A DNA stretch of 64,000 bases from the NCBI GenBank assembly GCA_951406725.2, contig OX597818.1:48236001-48300000 (forward strand), in the 5' to 3' direction. This document shows positions 1-13,336 of this stretch, piece by piece. The notes beneath the pieces are model-generated. The model did not search any database, had not been told where the DNA came from, and saw only the letters and a program-made list of their open reading frames with translations. A program made the translations under genes and the position numbers. The number at the start of each line of letters is the position of its first letter. Within the stretch, counting starts at the first letter, position 1. This DNA comes from Octopus vulgaris (taxonomy: Eukaryota).

Positions 1-244
1 TAACCAAAGCCACGTAACAAAGCAAAAAAATGAAAGAAAGAAAAACGAAAGATTCGACTTCATCGTACTAGAGAGGTAAAAGGGAATTGTTGAAAGGCGC
101 CAATTTTAAAAGATGTGCCCAGTGGGAACAGACGCTCCCCTATTAGCTACACCACGGCACACACGCGCGCGTATATTTTTATATTCTTTCAGTCGATTTT
201 GACTGCTGCCATGCTGGAGCACCGCCTTGTATATGTGTGTGTGC

Positions 245-275
<31 letters not shown>

Positions 276-291
276 TACATACATACATACA

Positions 292-348
<57 letters not shown>

Positions 349-350
<2 letters not shown>

Positions 351-551
351 CTCTTTACTCTTTTACTTGTTTCAGTCAATTGACTGCGGCCATGCTGGAG
401 CACCGCCTTTAGTCGAGCAACTCGACCCCGGGACTTATTCTTTTTGTAAGCCCAGTACTTATTCTATCGGTCTTTTTTTTGCCGAACCGCTAAGTGACGG
501 TGACGTAAACACACCAGCATCGGTCATAGGGGAACAAACACAGACACACAA

Positions 552-594
<43 letters not shown>

Positions 595-737
595 TACATA
601 TATACAGGCTTCTTTCAATTTCCGTCTACCAAATCCACTCACAAGGCTTTGTTCGGCCCGGGGCTATAGCAGAAGACACTTGCCCACGGAACCATGTGGT
701 TGGTTAGCAAGCTACTTACCACACAGCCACTCCTGCG

Positions 738-739
<2 letters not shown>
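349..739 (-). mobile_element. SINE family A (tRNA-like head, CORE-like segment, internal microsatellite), internally deleted
   Basis: Reverse complement of the GGCGCAGGAGTGGCTGTGTGGTAAG...GACTGAAACAAGTAAAAGAG unit seen many times in the window. Confidence 0.85.
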
Positions 740-790
<51 letters not shown>

Positions 791-861
791 CGTCTCTTTA
801 TAAATGTCCTGAAAACTTTCACAGCTTTGGATTTTTTAATCTCACTCTGTTAATTTACACA

Positions 862-1128
<267 letters not shown>

Positions 1129-1134
<6 letters not shown>

Positions 1135-1335
1135 GATAAGAGTAAATAATTTCTATAAAGGCTTTTAAAAAACCCCCAATTAACATTACTCTTACTCTTA
1201 CTCTTATCATTATATTACTCTTATCATTATTTTACTCTTATCATTATTTACTCTTATCATTATATTACTATTTAAAAGCCTTTTAAAAGCCTTTTTTAAA
1301 AGCCTTTATAGAAATTATTTACTCTTATCATTATA
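1129..1335. repeat. Fold-back: ~43-bp inverted repeat with internal tandem copies of TTACTCTTATCATTAT
   Basis: ATAATGATAAGAGTAAATAATTTCTATAAAGGCTTTTAAAAAA and its reverse complement at ~1293-1335. Confidence 0.85.
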
Positions 1336-1338
1336 TTA

Positions 1339-1434
<96 letters not shown>

Positions 1435-1986
1435 AATTAAATTAATGTTGGTGTGTTTACGTCCCGTAACCTAGCAGTTCGGCAAAAGAGACCGATAGAA
1501 TAAGTACTAGGCTTACAAAGAATAAGTCTAAACGTGGTACTCCAGCATGGCCGCAGTCAAATAACTAAAACATATAATAATAAAAAATGCCTTATATATC
1601 AGGTGGTGCTATTAAGTTAGACATGGCCTGGACCAATCTTTGGTCGAAACATATCTAAGTTTATCTAAGTTTATATGTAATTATTATCTTTGTTGGTAAC
1701 AAAAATTTTTCACTTCAATTTTGTTAGACTTAAGCACTGCTAAACAAATTTTACAGGGAGCTAAATAGAATTAAAAATAAAAACATTTTATATATAACGA
1801 GGTCTTTGGGTCACTCCGATTTTGACATAGCATTTGTCGCATAAATTTCTAACTATGCGTCACCATAACAACAATAAGGATTTAAAGTGAATGATTTCCA
1901 CAAGAAAACACCCTACATCTCATCTAGTGTGACACCAGAGGCATATAAAACGTATTTATTACAGTTTATCAAATATTTTCTATATA

Positions 1987-2148
1987 GGCGCAGGAGTGGC
2001 TGTGTGGTAAGTAGCTTGCTAACCAACCACATGGTTCCGGGTTCAGTCCCACTGCGTGGTACCTTGGGCAAGTGTCTTCTGCTATAGCCCCGGGCCGACC
2101 AATGCCTTGTGAGTGGATTTGGTAGACGGAAACTGAAAGAAGCCTGTC

Positions 2149-2212
<64 letters not shown>

Positions 2213-2423
2213 TTGTTTGTGTGTCTGTGTTTGTGCCCCTAGCATTGCTTGACAACCGATGCTGGTGTGTTTACGTCCCCGTCACTTAGCGGTTCGGCAA
2301 AAAGAGACCGATAGAATAAGTACTGGGCTTACAAAAAAAGAATAAGTCCCGGGGTCGAGTTGCTCGACTAAAGGCGGTACTCCAGCATGGCCGCAGTCAA
2401 ATGACTGAAACAAGTAAAAGAGT
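1987..2423 (+). mobile_element. SINE family A, full length
   Basis: Pol III A/B-box-like head (GGTTCAGTCCC), CORE-like CCTTGGGCAAGTG, internal (TA)n(TG)n, AAAAGAG tail. Confidence 0.9.
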
Positions 2424-2944
2424 ATATATATATATATATATATATTTATATAAGATAAGAATAAAGCATTTATTTTATTTATTATTTTAATTTTATTTTA
2501 TTTTGAATATCCGCATTCAAGATGGGGCACCCCCAAGCACGGAGCGCCCCGTAGCAGGTAACGCCCTGGGCGACTTGCCTCAATGGCGGTACCTTCATCC
2601 GGTTCTGATAACAACGACTGCACCCACCACCAGGCAATCAAAATACAACTGCTGAACAGTAGCTTAGTTATAATACATTTCATACTCCTCCCACTCAGTC
2701 TATAGAAATAACAGCAGACAAAATTGCCATCACTGGTGCCCGTTCGTTTGCTCACAGAAATACATTCACGCCTTTACCATGAAAATGTCTTCATGCTTGG
2801 TAGAACTGGGTTAATCTCTCTTCCTTCTTGTCTTTCTTACACGAATCGGATGTACCATAACAGAGCACAAACACAAACAGGCCAACATATTAACGCCTCA
2901 AACTCTTCTAATAAGCGAGCAGGCATTTTTCAACAGTTCACGGA

Positions 2945-3531
<587 letters not shown>

Positions 3532-3795
3532 TAGGTACTACTTAGGAACAGTGGACCCGGTGCGCGCACTCGCGTATTCGGGCACCCACGCTAGCTAGTC
3601 GTGACTAGTCGATCCTACAACGACTACCTAGCAAAGTAAATAAAACACAAAAACACAAAGTAAATAATTTTTTTAAACAAAATAAATAAAACAAAAAAAA
3701 ACACAAAGTAAGGATCGACTAGTCATGACAAGCAAACGCGGATGCGCGAGTACGCGAGTGCGCGCACCGGGACCACTCTTCTTAAGTAGTACCTG
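3532..3795. mobile_element. MITE with ~84-bp GC-rich TIRs (CAGG-type ends, probably Tc1/mariner-pogo)
   Basis: AGGTACTACTTAGGAACAGTGGACCCGGTGCGCGCACTCGCGTA...GACTAGTCGATCCT mirrored by AGGATCGACTAGTC...CTTAAGTAGTACCT; A-rich spacer; inserted in (TATG)n. Confidence 0.8.
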
Positions 3796-4282
3796 TTTGT
3801 ATGTATGTATGTATGTATGTATGTATGTATGTATGTATGTATGTTCGTAAATAGAGAAAATTCGAAGGATTGCTTTGGCATAATGGTAACACTACTTTAC
3901 TTTTAGAGTTCCACCGTTAAAGCGATGTATGTATATATATATGTATGTATGAAGACCTTGTTACTGTATATATAAAGCGTGTTTTATAACGACCATTAGT
4001 ACCAACATCAATGCAGTTAATGTTTTAAATGTTATGTTAAAACTAAATACAGATAAACATTGTTCTTATAGGAAGCCAAATATATAAATATATAAATAAA
4101 TGAAAATTGTTTTACGTTACCGGGTCTTCAAGTCACCCTCCCATAATCTTGAAAAATTTAGTATATAACATTAGTCGTCACATTTCTAGGATTTCGTCAA
4201 GTGAAGTTGTCTTTAACCATGCATCACTGCTTTAAGCGAGAATAGTTTCCAAAAGAAAATACAACACACCTTGCCTGGCTAC

Positions 4283-4325
4283 TTTGCATTGATAAAGGGC
4301 AAATACCCTGAAACATGTCTGCAGA
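4283..4325 (+). ncRNA. Minimal type I hammerhead ribozyme motif, U3-A8 core variant
   Basis: TTTGCA TTGATAA AGGG-caaata-CCCT GAAA CATG TC TGCAGA: helix I 6 bp, helix II 4 bp, palindromic helix III, predicted GUC cleavage after 4319. Confidence 0.7.
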
Positions 4326-4860
4326 TGTCTGACCAGCAAGGGGAAGCGGCTGACCTCCCCTGTTCGAAGGTTATAATGGACACAGGTTCGTGTGTCATAT
4401 AGCTAGCTAGGGGCGATGGCCTCTTGGAGCTAATCAGCGGCAGCTTTAGTCTTATAACATCCAATAAGATATAAAAACTACTCAGATATAACATCTAGAC
4501 TGTGGTATCCAATAATGCCAAAACTTTCTTATATGAAGATACTTTTCAATTGACCGCAGATATTACAAAATATTTAACAAGAACTCACTAAAAGTAAGCT
4601 ACAGCTGAGGATCTGATTCCTTGAATCGAGAGAAGGAATTACATGAACAGCCCAATGTAATTGTACCAAAATCACCTCGTGTCCACTTAAATGCAAATGT
4701 CTCGGCAAGGAGTTGATACTCTGCACTAAGAGGGAGTTGGCATACAACATTGAGCGTTCTTATTTTGGGCATAACAAACCCTCCCTTTTAGTGTGGGTAT
4801 ACGCCGCACATATTTTTTTAGGAACTTGGAGAAAAGAAACACTAGTCATCTTTCAAAGTA

Positions 4861-5372
4861 CCGTAAATCCTCGAGTATAGTCCGCCCTTGAGTATAATAC
4901 GCAGGGGATTTTTAGGGGGCTGTACCTATGAAAAACCTAAACCTTGTGTATAATACGCACCCCTTTTCTAACTTGAGTCAAGGAGGTCTATATAACGTCC
5001 TTGGTTTGTAAAAAATGTATACGGTAACGTCCTTTATTATTATTGTATATATAACATAATGCAAACGTGTAGCTTTTTTGTGCATTTTGTTTGCAGAAAA
5101 TAAAGAAATAACAGTAATAACGTTTTATAAATGTTGCTTACTGCAAGTTATGGATGATTCTTTTATGACTTCATTGCTTTCAGGTTAAGTTTAAGGTATT
5201 TTCGCGCCCTACATCACAAAATGCGTCTGAATAAACATAACCAGACAGCAAATAGAGACTCGGACATTGCTTAGAAAATAATTTTCATTTTTAACCTCGT
5301 ATATTGTACGCACTAGGGATTTTGACCTTTAAATTTTGGGGGAAAATGCGGATTATACTCGAGGATTTACAG
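4861..5372. mobile_element. pogo/Tc2-like non-autonomous DNA transposon
   Basis: TIR CCGTAAATCCTCGAGTATA / TATACTCGAGGATTTACAG, TA on both sides, subterminal GTATAATACGCA repeats. Confidence 0.85.
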
Positions 5373-5859
5373 TATCTCTGGAGACTGAAAGATGAAGGTT
5401 GTGCAAACTTTAAAATTTTGTGGTCAGAAGTCGAATTCGCCAAACCGATTCTGGAGAATCGGTATTTGGATCGTGGTGTTTGTATACCTGTAAAAAAAAT
5501 TCTTCATAATATCTCCTCTTGTTGAATTCTAGAAATTAGCTTATTTCTAAATATCATCACCAAAACAAGTTCATTCTGTGAAACTTTATTCTACATAGAG
5601 CGGTGGTGCCTTCGGGCTAAAACATTTTAAAGGATTTTAAGGATAGAGTTTGAATATGTTACAATATTACAGCCGATAGTTCTTTGAAATCCTTCGATCG
5701 TTTTTGAAAGTCCCTTCAAGTACTAAAAGTATCTTATAAATATTTAGATTTCAAAGACTAACAGCTATTTCTGTACTGTTCAAAAACATTTCACATGGAA
5801 GCTGTAGACCGCTTATAAACTAATTTCTTTTTATTTATTTTTTAAATTTTTATTTGGTT

Positions 5860-6020
5860 TGGCTGTGTGGTAAGTAGCTTGCTTACCAACCACATGGTTC
5901 CGGGTTCAGTCCCACTGCGTGGCACCTTGGGCAAGTGTCTTCTGCTATAGCCCCGGGCCAACCAATGCCTTGTGAGTGGATTTGGTAGACGGAAACTGAA
6001 AGAAGCCTGTCGTATATATG

Positions 6021-6074
<54 letters not shown>

Positions 6075-6290
6075 TGTTTGTGTGTCTGTGTTTATCCCCC
6101 CAAAATCGCTTGACAACCGATGCTGGTGTGTTTATGTCCCCATCACTTAGCAGTTCGGCAAAAGAGACCGATAGAATAAGTACTGGTCTTACAAAGAATA
6201 AGTCCCGGGGTCGATTTGCTCGACTAAAGGCGGTGCTCCCGCATGGCCGCAGTCAAATGACTGAAACAAGTAAAAGAGTAAAGAGTAAAG
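5860..6290 (+). mobile_element. SINE family A
   Basis: Near-identical to the 1987-2423 copy. Confidence 0.9.
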
Positions 6291-6508
6291 TAAAAAAGAA
6301 TGCGGATCTACTATTTTCTGTTAAATATTGTATACCTTCCGGATTGTCTCTCCCTCCGGCGCATTTTTTCTTCCTCTTCATTATCGTATGTAACTCGCTA
6401 CCTCATTCCCTCTTTACAAACACTATTTTCTTAACATAACGCTATTTTCTCTTTGCTTCGTTAATGAAATAACGAGATAATAAAAACAAAGAAAAAAGAA
6501 AACTGGCA

Positions 6509-6938
6509 GGATCTTTTCGGTTTGACCGGCAGTTTTTTAAAATAATTTTTCATGTAACTAAGCAATTTTAAACTTCGTATACTGGTAGAATGTGTTTATA
6601 AAACATCTTTTTCTCTTGGCTTTATTGAGAAAATTCTATAGTTTGTAAGATATCTGTTGTTGCTTTTTCTGCAATTTCTGCAAATTCAACCAATCAATGA
6701 CGTCTATTGAGGTAAAAGCACTCTGTGCCGTATGAATATGTCCCTCGTTTAAGAAACAGATTGGGTTTATTTACATTTCCGAAGAAAAAAAGATACCCTT
6801 CCCCCCACCCCAACCCTAACCCTAACCCTAACCCTAAAACAGATTGAAATGCAATAGATCGATATTAGGGTCATAATTATGGGTGACAATTTCATATGAC
6901 ACCATTAGAAAAAACTGCCGTTCAAACCGAAAAGATCC
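6509..6938. mobile_element. Non-autonomous DNA transposon with 8-bp TSD and internal (CCCTAA)n
   Basis: TIR GGATCTTTTCGGTTTGACCGGCAGTTTTTT / AAAAAACTGCCGTTCAAACCGAAAAGATCC; TSD AACTGGCA at 6501-6508 and 6939-6946. Confidence 0.9.
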
Positions 6939-7243
6939 AACTGGCAAATATTTGCAATCAACGTAGAACACGAAGCAAGCAGTAAAACACTGCACTAAAG
7001 AATCTATTGTATCAACCACCCTAAGAACCGCTAACAACAACTTCAAGTAACAAAGATCATGCTTTAACGGTCGTTAGACTCATTTATCAACCACTGTTTT
7101 AAAATCAGTCATCGAAAGTCAAAGAAATAATAAAAAATATATAAATCGTAAAGACACACCACACTTTCTACCTCTAGGCCATAATCTACACGGAAAGTAG
7201 TGAGAAATCTAACTCATCAAATACTGCATTACACAGTCTACAG

Positions 7244-7453
7244 CAGTGGTTCCCCAAACTATGAGTTGCGACCCACAGATGGGTCGCGAACGGAATCTTA
7301 GTGGGTCGCAAAAAGTTATAAAATTACGCATTAGCTTTGATTAACTGCTGTCTATCGAAATAGTTCAAGACTTACTCAGTAGAGTTAAGTGGGTCGTCAT
7401 AAACTGGTGTGATAAATAGTGGGTCGCGATTCTAAAAAGTTTGGGAACCACTG
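7244..7453. mobile_element. hAT (Charlie-like) MITE
   Basis: TIR CAGTGGTTCCC(C)AAACT / AGTTTGGGAACCACTG; 8-bp TSD GTCTACAG; subterminal GGGTCGC repeats. Confidence 0.9.
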
Positions 7454-7679
7454 GTCTACAGAATATGGAAACTGTCAAAGTATCGGCCGCTTTCTGATAG
7501 GTTTATGACCGAGCTTGTGACAGTGAAATCTCGGGCGTTCTTAGCCACCGGACCGCATTCCTGCTCACTGCTATCGGGCGGAGATAGCTTTCTGAGATAA
7601 AAGGGGGGGGGGGGTAAAAAGAAAAAAGAGCTAGTAGAAGCATTGTCCTCCGGGTGGTTCTCTACTGGTAGTTATGATA

Positions 7680-7711
<32 letters not shown>

Positions 7712-7715
7712 AGAT

Positions 7716-8055
7716 TTAATCATCATTAATTGTGACTGACGGTACTGAGTAGCACCTATATAGCTAGAAATAAGAGTTAAGACCCTCAAAGTTACATACA
7801 CGCACATTTATATACACTGACGGGGGAGATAACCACCCCATGAACAAAGATGGAAAACCACCGGACTAGTTCCGTCTCTTAGTTGCAGACTCCTCAGTAG
7901 CGTCTATCCCATTGCTCGGATCCGAGCATGGGGTAGACTCCCACGTCAGTGTATAAAAATGTGCGAGTATGCAACTTTAAGGGTCTTAACTCATATTTCT
8001 AGCAATATAGGTGGTATCCACCCAGCACCCTCAATCACAATTAATGACGATTTAA
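7716..8055. mobile_element. Fold-back element (~125-bp diverged inverted arms) with central hammerhead motif; Penelope-like/retrozyme-like remnant
   Basis: Arms ~7716-7842 and ~7927-8055 are imperfect reverse complements; flanked by (TG)n and (TA)n. Confidence 0.65.
7858..7902 (-). ncRNA. Degenerate type I hammerhead motif (A13G)
   Basis: Minus strand: CGCTA CTGAGGA GTCT-gcaactaag-AGAC GGAA CTAG TC CGGTG; helix I imperfect. Confidence 0.55.
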
Positions 8056-8102
8056 TTTTTTTGTTTTTGGTTTTATATTGCGCTTAGCTGCTTATTTTAA
8101 TT

Positions 8103-8151
<49 letters not shown>

Positions 8152-8173
8152 TCGAAGCGTTCCTGTCACAACC

Positions 8174-8216
8174 TGAACCTGATGAATGCTTAAATGCAAG
8201 AAGGTATACTAGTTCA
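8174..8216 (+). ncRNA. Degenerate type I hammerhead motif (A15.1G)
   Basis: TGAAC CTGATGA aTGC-ttaaat-GCAa GAAG GTATAC TA GTTCA; 5-bp helix I, palindromic helix III. Confidence 0.6.
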
Positions 8217-8398
8217 ATGAAAATAGACATTTAATATTCAATTTTCAATATTTCATTTGTTCAATAAGACAATCAATACTTCATTTCATTTCTTTCCTAC
8301 TATATACTGTATATTCTATATCCTATATTGATATTATAAGAATGTAAATAAAACATAAAAAACAGAGTTGGAATTCCTTTGAGTAATATATATATATA

Positions 8399-9008
<610 letters not shown>

Positions 9009-9346
9009 CGTACATACATAATATATATTTCACACACACACACACACATATATATGTATATTTAACTGGTATTCAGTCGGTTCCGATCGATGGAACAGTC
9101 TGCTCGTGAAATTAACGTGGAAGTGGCTGAGCACTCAACAGGCACGTGTACCATTAACGTAGTTCTCAGGAAGATACAGTGTGACTCTCATTTTTGCCAG
9201 CTGAGTGGAGTAGAGCAATGTAAAGTAAAGTGTCTAGCTGAAGGACACAATACGTCGCCGGGAATTGAACTCACGACTTTACGATCGTGAGTCGAATTCT
9301 CTAACCCACGCTCCTTCACTTATGTATGTGTGTGTGTGTGTGTGTG

Positions 9347-9377
<31 letters not shown>

Positions 9378-9907
9378 CATACATACATACATACATACAT
9401 ACATACATACATACATACATACATTCATACATAAAAATGTATTTAATTTTATTTAATTTGCTTTGCGGGAAGGATTGTTTCCACGGAGTCGTGTCTCGCC
9501 TTTACCTTCGAAACACGGAGTAGACGAAACAGAGGTAGCTGAAGAAGGGGAATTTTCCTTGTGTTGTAAAGAAAAATACGGAGAAACAGAAAGAAAAAAA
9601 ACTGGACGCAGACAAGTGCAACCCTTCATCAGTTGTCGAGCAAATATCATCACAATTTCGACACATCTACTTAATCAAAGCTGTCCTGGAGTTAAACAAC
9701 AACTACAACTTATGCGATGTCAAACAAAGGATGGAACATATGTGCAGGTCAATCGACCTGCTAGAAATAGCAGCCAAGTCATTCATGCCTTACCATTTTT
9801 GAAAAAGGAAAGAATACATTGGATAATGTACTCTTAGATACCCCTAAAAATACGGGTTAGTCACAGCTAAGAACACTTTTGATCACAGGTTTGCTCGTTT
9901 GCAGCTG

Positions 9908-10286
9908 GGAAGCACTCCGTCGGTTACGACGACGAGGGTTCCGGTTGATCCGAATCAACGGAACAGCCTGCTCGTGAAATTAACGTGTAAGTGGCTGAGC
10001 ACTCCACAGACACGTGTACCCTTAACGTAGTTCTCGGGGATATTCAGCGTAACACAGAGAGTGACAAGGCCGGCCCTTTGAAATACAGGTACAACAGAAA
10101 CAGGAAGTAAGAGTGAGAGAAAGTTGTGGTGAAAGAGTACAGCAGGGATCACCACCATCCCCTGCCTCGTGGAGCTTTTAGGTGTTTTCGCTCAATAAAC
10201 ACTCACAACGCCCGGTCTGGGAATCGAAACCGCAATCCTACGACCGCGAGTCCGCTGCCCTAACCACTGGACCATTGCGCCTCCAC
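9908..10286 (-). mobile_element. SINE family C (tRNA-like head), tail type 1
   Basis: Head GTGGAGGCGCAATGGTCCAGTGGTTAGGGCAGCGGACTCGCGG...GTTTCGATTCCC; matches copies at 25941, 30506, 44857. Confidence 0.9.
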
Positions 10287-10377
10287 TGTTTACAGCTAAC
10301 CTTCAGCTAAACAACAACGACGACGACAACTTATATGATAGGGTGAAAACGTTTATAATTAATAATTACTAAATACA

Positions 10378-10790
10378 GGCGCAAGTTTGGCAGTGTGGTT
10401 AAGAAATCTGCTTTGCAGCCACGTAGCTTTGGGTTCAACCCCACCGCACGGCACTGTAGGTGAGTGCCTTCTATATGTCTCCGGGTCGATCAATGCTTTG
10501 TGAGTGAATTTGATGGATGGAAACTCTGTGGAAGACCGTCGTGTGTGTGTGTGTGTGTGCGTGTGTGTGTGTGTGTGTATGTATGTGTGTGTGTGTGTGT
10601 GTGTTCGTCCTCCGTCCTTTGATTACGATTGTTGGTTTGTTTACAGCCCTGTGACCTAGCATTTTCGACATAACAGATCGATAAATTAAGTAACAGAGTA
10701 AGTACTGGAGGTGATTTGCTTGTTTAAACCTTTCAAGGCAGTGCCCCAGCATGGCTGCAGTCCAATGACTGAAACAAGTGAACGATAAAG
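10378..10790 (+). mobile_element. SINE family A, diverged
   Basis: Colinear similarity to family A head, body and tail. Confidence 0.75.
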
Positions 10791-10839
10791 TTCGCCAACA
10801 TATCTTTATTTGTGCTAAGGAAGCCACGAGTAAAGTAAT

Positions 10840-11045
10840 TTCGGACAACGAACGATAGCGACAAAGGCTCCCGCGCGGTACCGCCCGACGAAAGTGCCGC
10901 CGTCCAATCTGTTCGCGCCCGCCGCTCGCCCGTTTTGTCCCCTCCTCTCTTTTCCTTCCTGCTGTTGTTGTCGTCTTCTTCCTTCCGTGGCCGCTGCCGC
11001 CGTCGGTCGGCGTTCGTTCTGTGGATCTATCAGCTTGCCGCCTTC
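10840..11045. promoter_or_regulatory. Short GC/CpG-rich patch, possibly regulatory
   Basis: Dense CpG in AT-rich background; CCGCCC and CCAAT motifs, then a pyrimidine tract; unique within the window. Confidence 0.3.
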
Positions 11046-11269
11046 ATCTGTAATATTAGTTTCAAATTTTGGCACAAACCCAGCAATTTCGGGGTAAGTC
11101 GATTACATTGACGCCAGTGTTCAACTGATACTTATTTTATCGACCTCGAAAGGATGAAAGACAAAGCTGATCCAGCCTGTATTTGAATTTAGAACGTAAT
11201 GTAGGAAGAAAGGTCGCTAAGCATTTTATCCAACGTTCTAACTATTCTGTCAGCTCGCCGCCTTTGTCT

Positions 11270-11316
<47 letters not shown>

Positions 11317-11317
<1 letters not shown>

Positions 11318-11870
11318 GAGCTAAACGCCCCCGTCCAATGGCCGGTGCTGAGTTGTCAAACATTTAAACCAAATTTTCTCAAAACAACTTGTCCGACCGT
11401 CCCATAGGTCTCCCCTTTGAGAAACACTGATTTAACCTAAATTTGAAACACCAGCAAAAGAAGAAATAAAGACAGACTTTTTTCTATTCCAAAGAAAAAC
11501 GATTTTATTCACACAAATATGCAACCGAAGAGTTTAAAGTACCAGTAATGATAAGGCTGTTGACTGGGAGAACACAAACATGGTTTAAACAGTAAGCTTG
11601 GCAGGAAAGAAACGTGCCTTTAAGCAGTACAAAAACAACAAAAAATGGAAGGTGTAGTTATGTACAGGCTGACGGAAGAAAAGCAGGACAAAAACGGCTT
11701 TACCGATCGCATTCTCACCTGGAATCGATTTTTGTAATTTTTTCAAGACTTATACACGCCCTGGTACCGTCGGTATCTACATATCAAATTTGAGCGCAAT
11801 CGGATGGAGGATGCCCGAGATCCTGGAAGACGCACACACAGACAGAGAGAACGGATTTTGTATAATGGAT
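11317..11870 (-). mobile_element. Probable Helitron-like non-autonomous element
   Basis: Minus 5' end TCCATTATACAAAATCCG...(CTGT/GT)n; 3' GC hairpin followed by CTCG-T (CTAG variant). Confidence 0.45.
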
Positions 11871-12590
11871 ATGTTGTATTTCGGTATAGCTCCAAAACAA
11901 ATGTTGAATGGAAGTCCAACTGCTTAGACGTTCATCAATCAACACTCTTGAAACATGACTATGCTTGCTCACAGTATATTTTTTGTTGAGTCATTGAGAG
12001 AGTTATTTGAAAATAATACCAATTTATTAAGATATATGAAGTTTAAAGATCAATGAAAAGTAAACTTCTTTTTTTATATATTTTTCAACAGTAACAAAGG
12101 TGAGATGACGAAAGTTTTGTCATTGTTTATTTAAATAGATATTTGAATATTCTATTGGAATATTCTATATTTTAAACTAACAATTGTGCTCGAAATGAAA
12201 TTAAACGACTTTTGAACTCGTTTCGAATTTCCGTACATTAACGATGAACTTTGTTAGAATGCATTTATTATTTATTAAAGGCGCATGAAAATAGCTGTTA
12301 GTTCCTGTTTCTTAAAACAAGCTTCTCACAAACTGGAGAAAAATGTGGCGTAAAAGTTTATTTCAGCTGATGACATCCTGTGATGAAGCTTCGTATTTTC
12401 AGGTAGGTTAGATTTAAATGTTCAACACTCGTAGAATTTTTATACTGTGAATCCTCAAGCCTTTCTCTTCTAAATTGTAATTTATAAATCCAAAATTAGG
12501 CTCTATATGTTTCATAGCTAGCGGAACCTCGGAAGTAGTAATTATCCAAATGAGAGGTAAACCGCGAACTGCTCTTCAGGCCAGTATTGA

Positions 12591-13295
12591 TTTCAAATTT
12601 TGACACAAGACCAGCAAGTTCGACTGGGGAGGGAGTAAGTCAATTACATCGACCCTAGTGCACAACCAGTACTCATTTTACCAATCCCGAAAGGATGAAA
12701 GGCAAAGTCAACCACAGTAGAATTTGAACTCAAAACGTAAAGACGGACGAAATGCCGGTAATCATTTTGCCCGGCTTTCTAACGAGTCTACCAGCTCACC
12801 ACATTACAATATATATATATATTTCTTTACTACCCGCAAGGAGCTAAATACAGAGGGGACAAACAAGGACAAACAAACGGATTAAGTCGATTACATTGAC
12901 TCCAGTGCGTAGCTGGTACTTAATTTATCGACCCCGAAAGGATGAAAGGCAAAGTCAACCACAGCAGAATTTGAACTCGAAACGTAAAGACGGACGAAAT
13001 GCCGGTAATCATTTTGTCCAGCTTTCTAACTAGTCTACCAGTTCGCCACCTTACTACATATATATTTCTTTACTACCCACAAGGGGCTAAACACAGAAGG
13101 GACAAACAAGGACAGACAAACGGATTAAGTCGATTACATCGACCCCAGTGCGTAACTGGTACTTAATTTATCGACCCCGAAAGGATGAAAGGCAAAGTCG
13201 ACCTCGGTGAAATTTGAACTCGAAACGTAAAGACGGACGAAATGCCGGTAATCATTTTGTCCGGCTTTCTAACGCGGCTACCAGCTCACCACATT

Positions 13296-13336
<41 letters not shown>

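Noticed and set aside
1631-1660. GACCA-atctt-TGGTC GAAA CATA TC half motif; similar at ~17689-17806
   Set aside because: The NTGANNA strand is missing; at most truncated fossils, not counted
6814-6837. (CCCTAA)4 as telomere or fusion site
   Set aside because: Only four units, inside a TIR/TSD-bounded transposon
12367-12400. CTGATGA CATC-ctgt-GATG as hammerhead
   Set aside because: No GAAA after the stem and no helix I pairing
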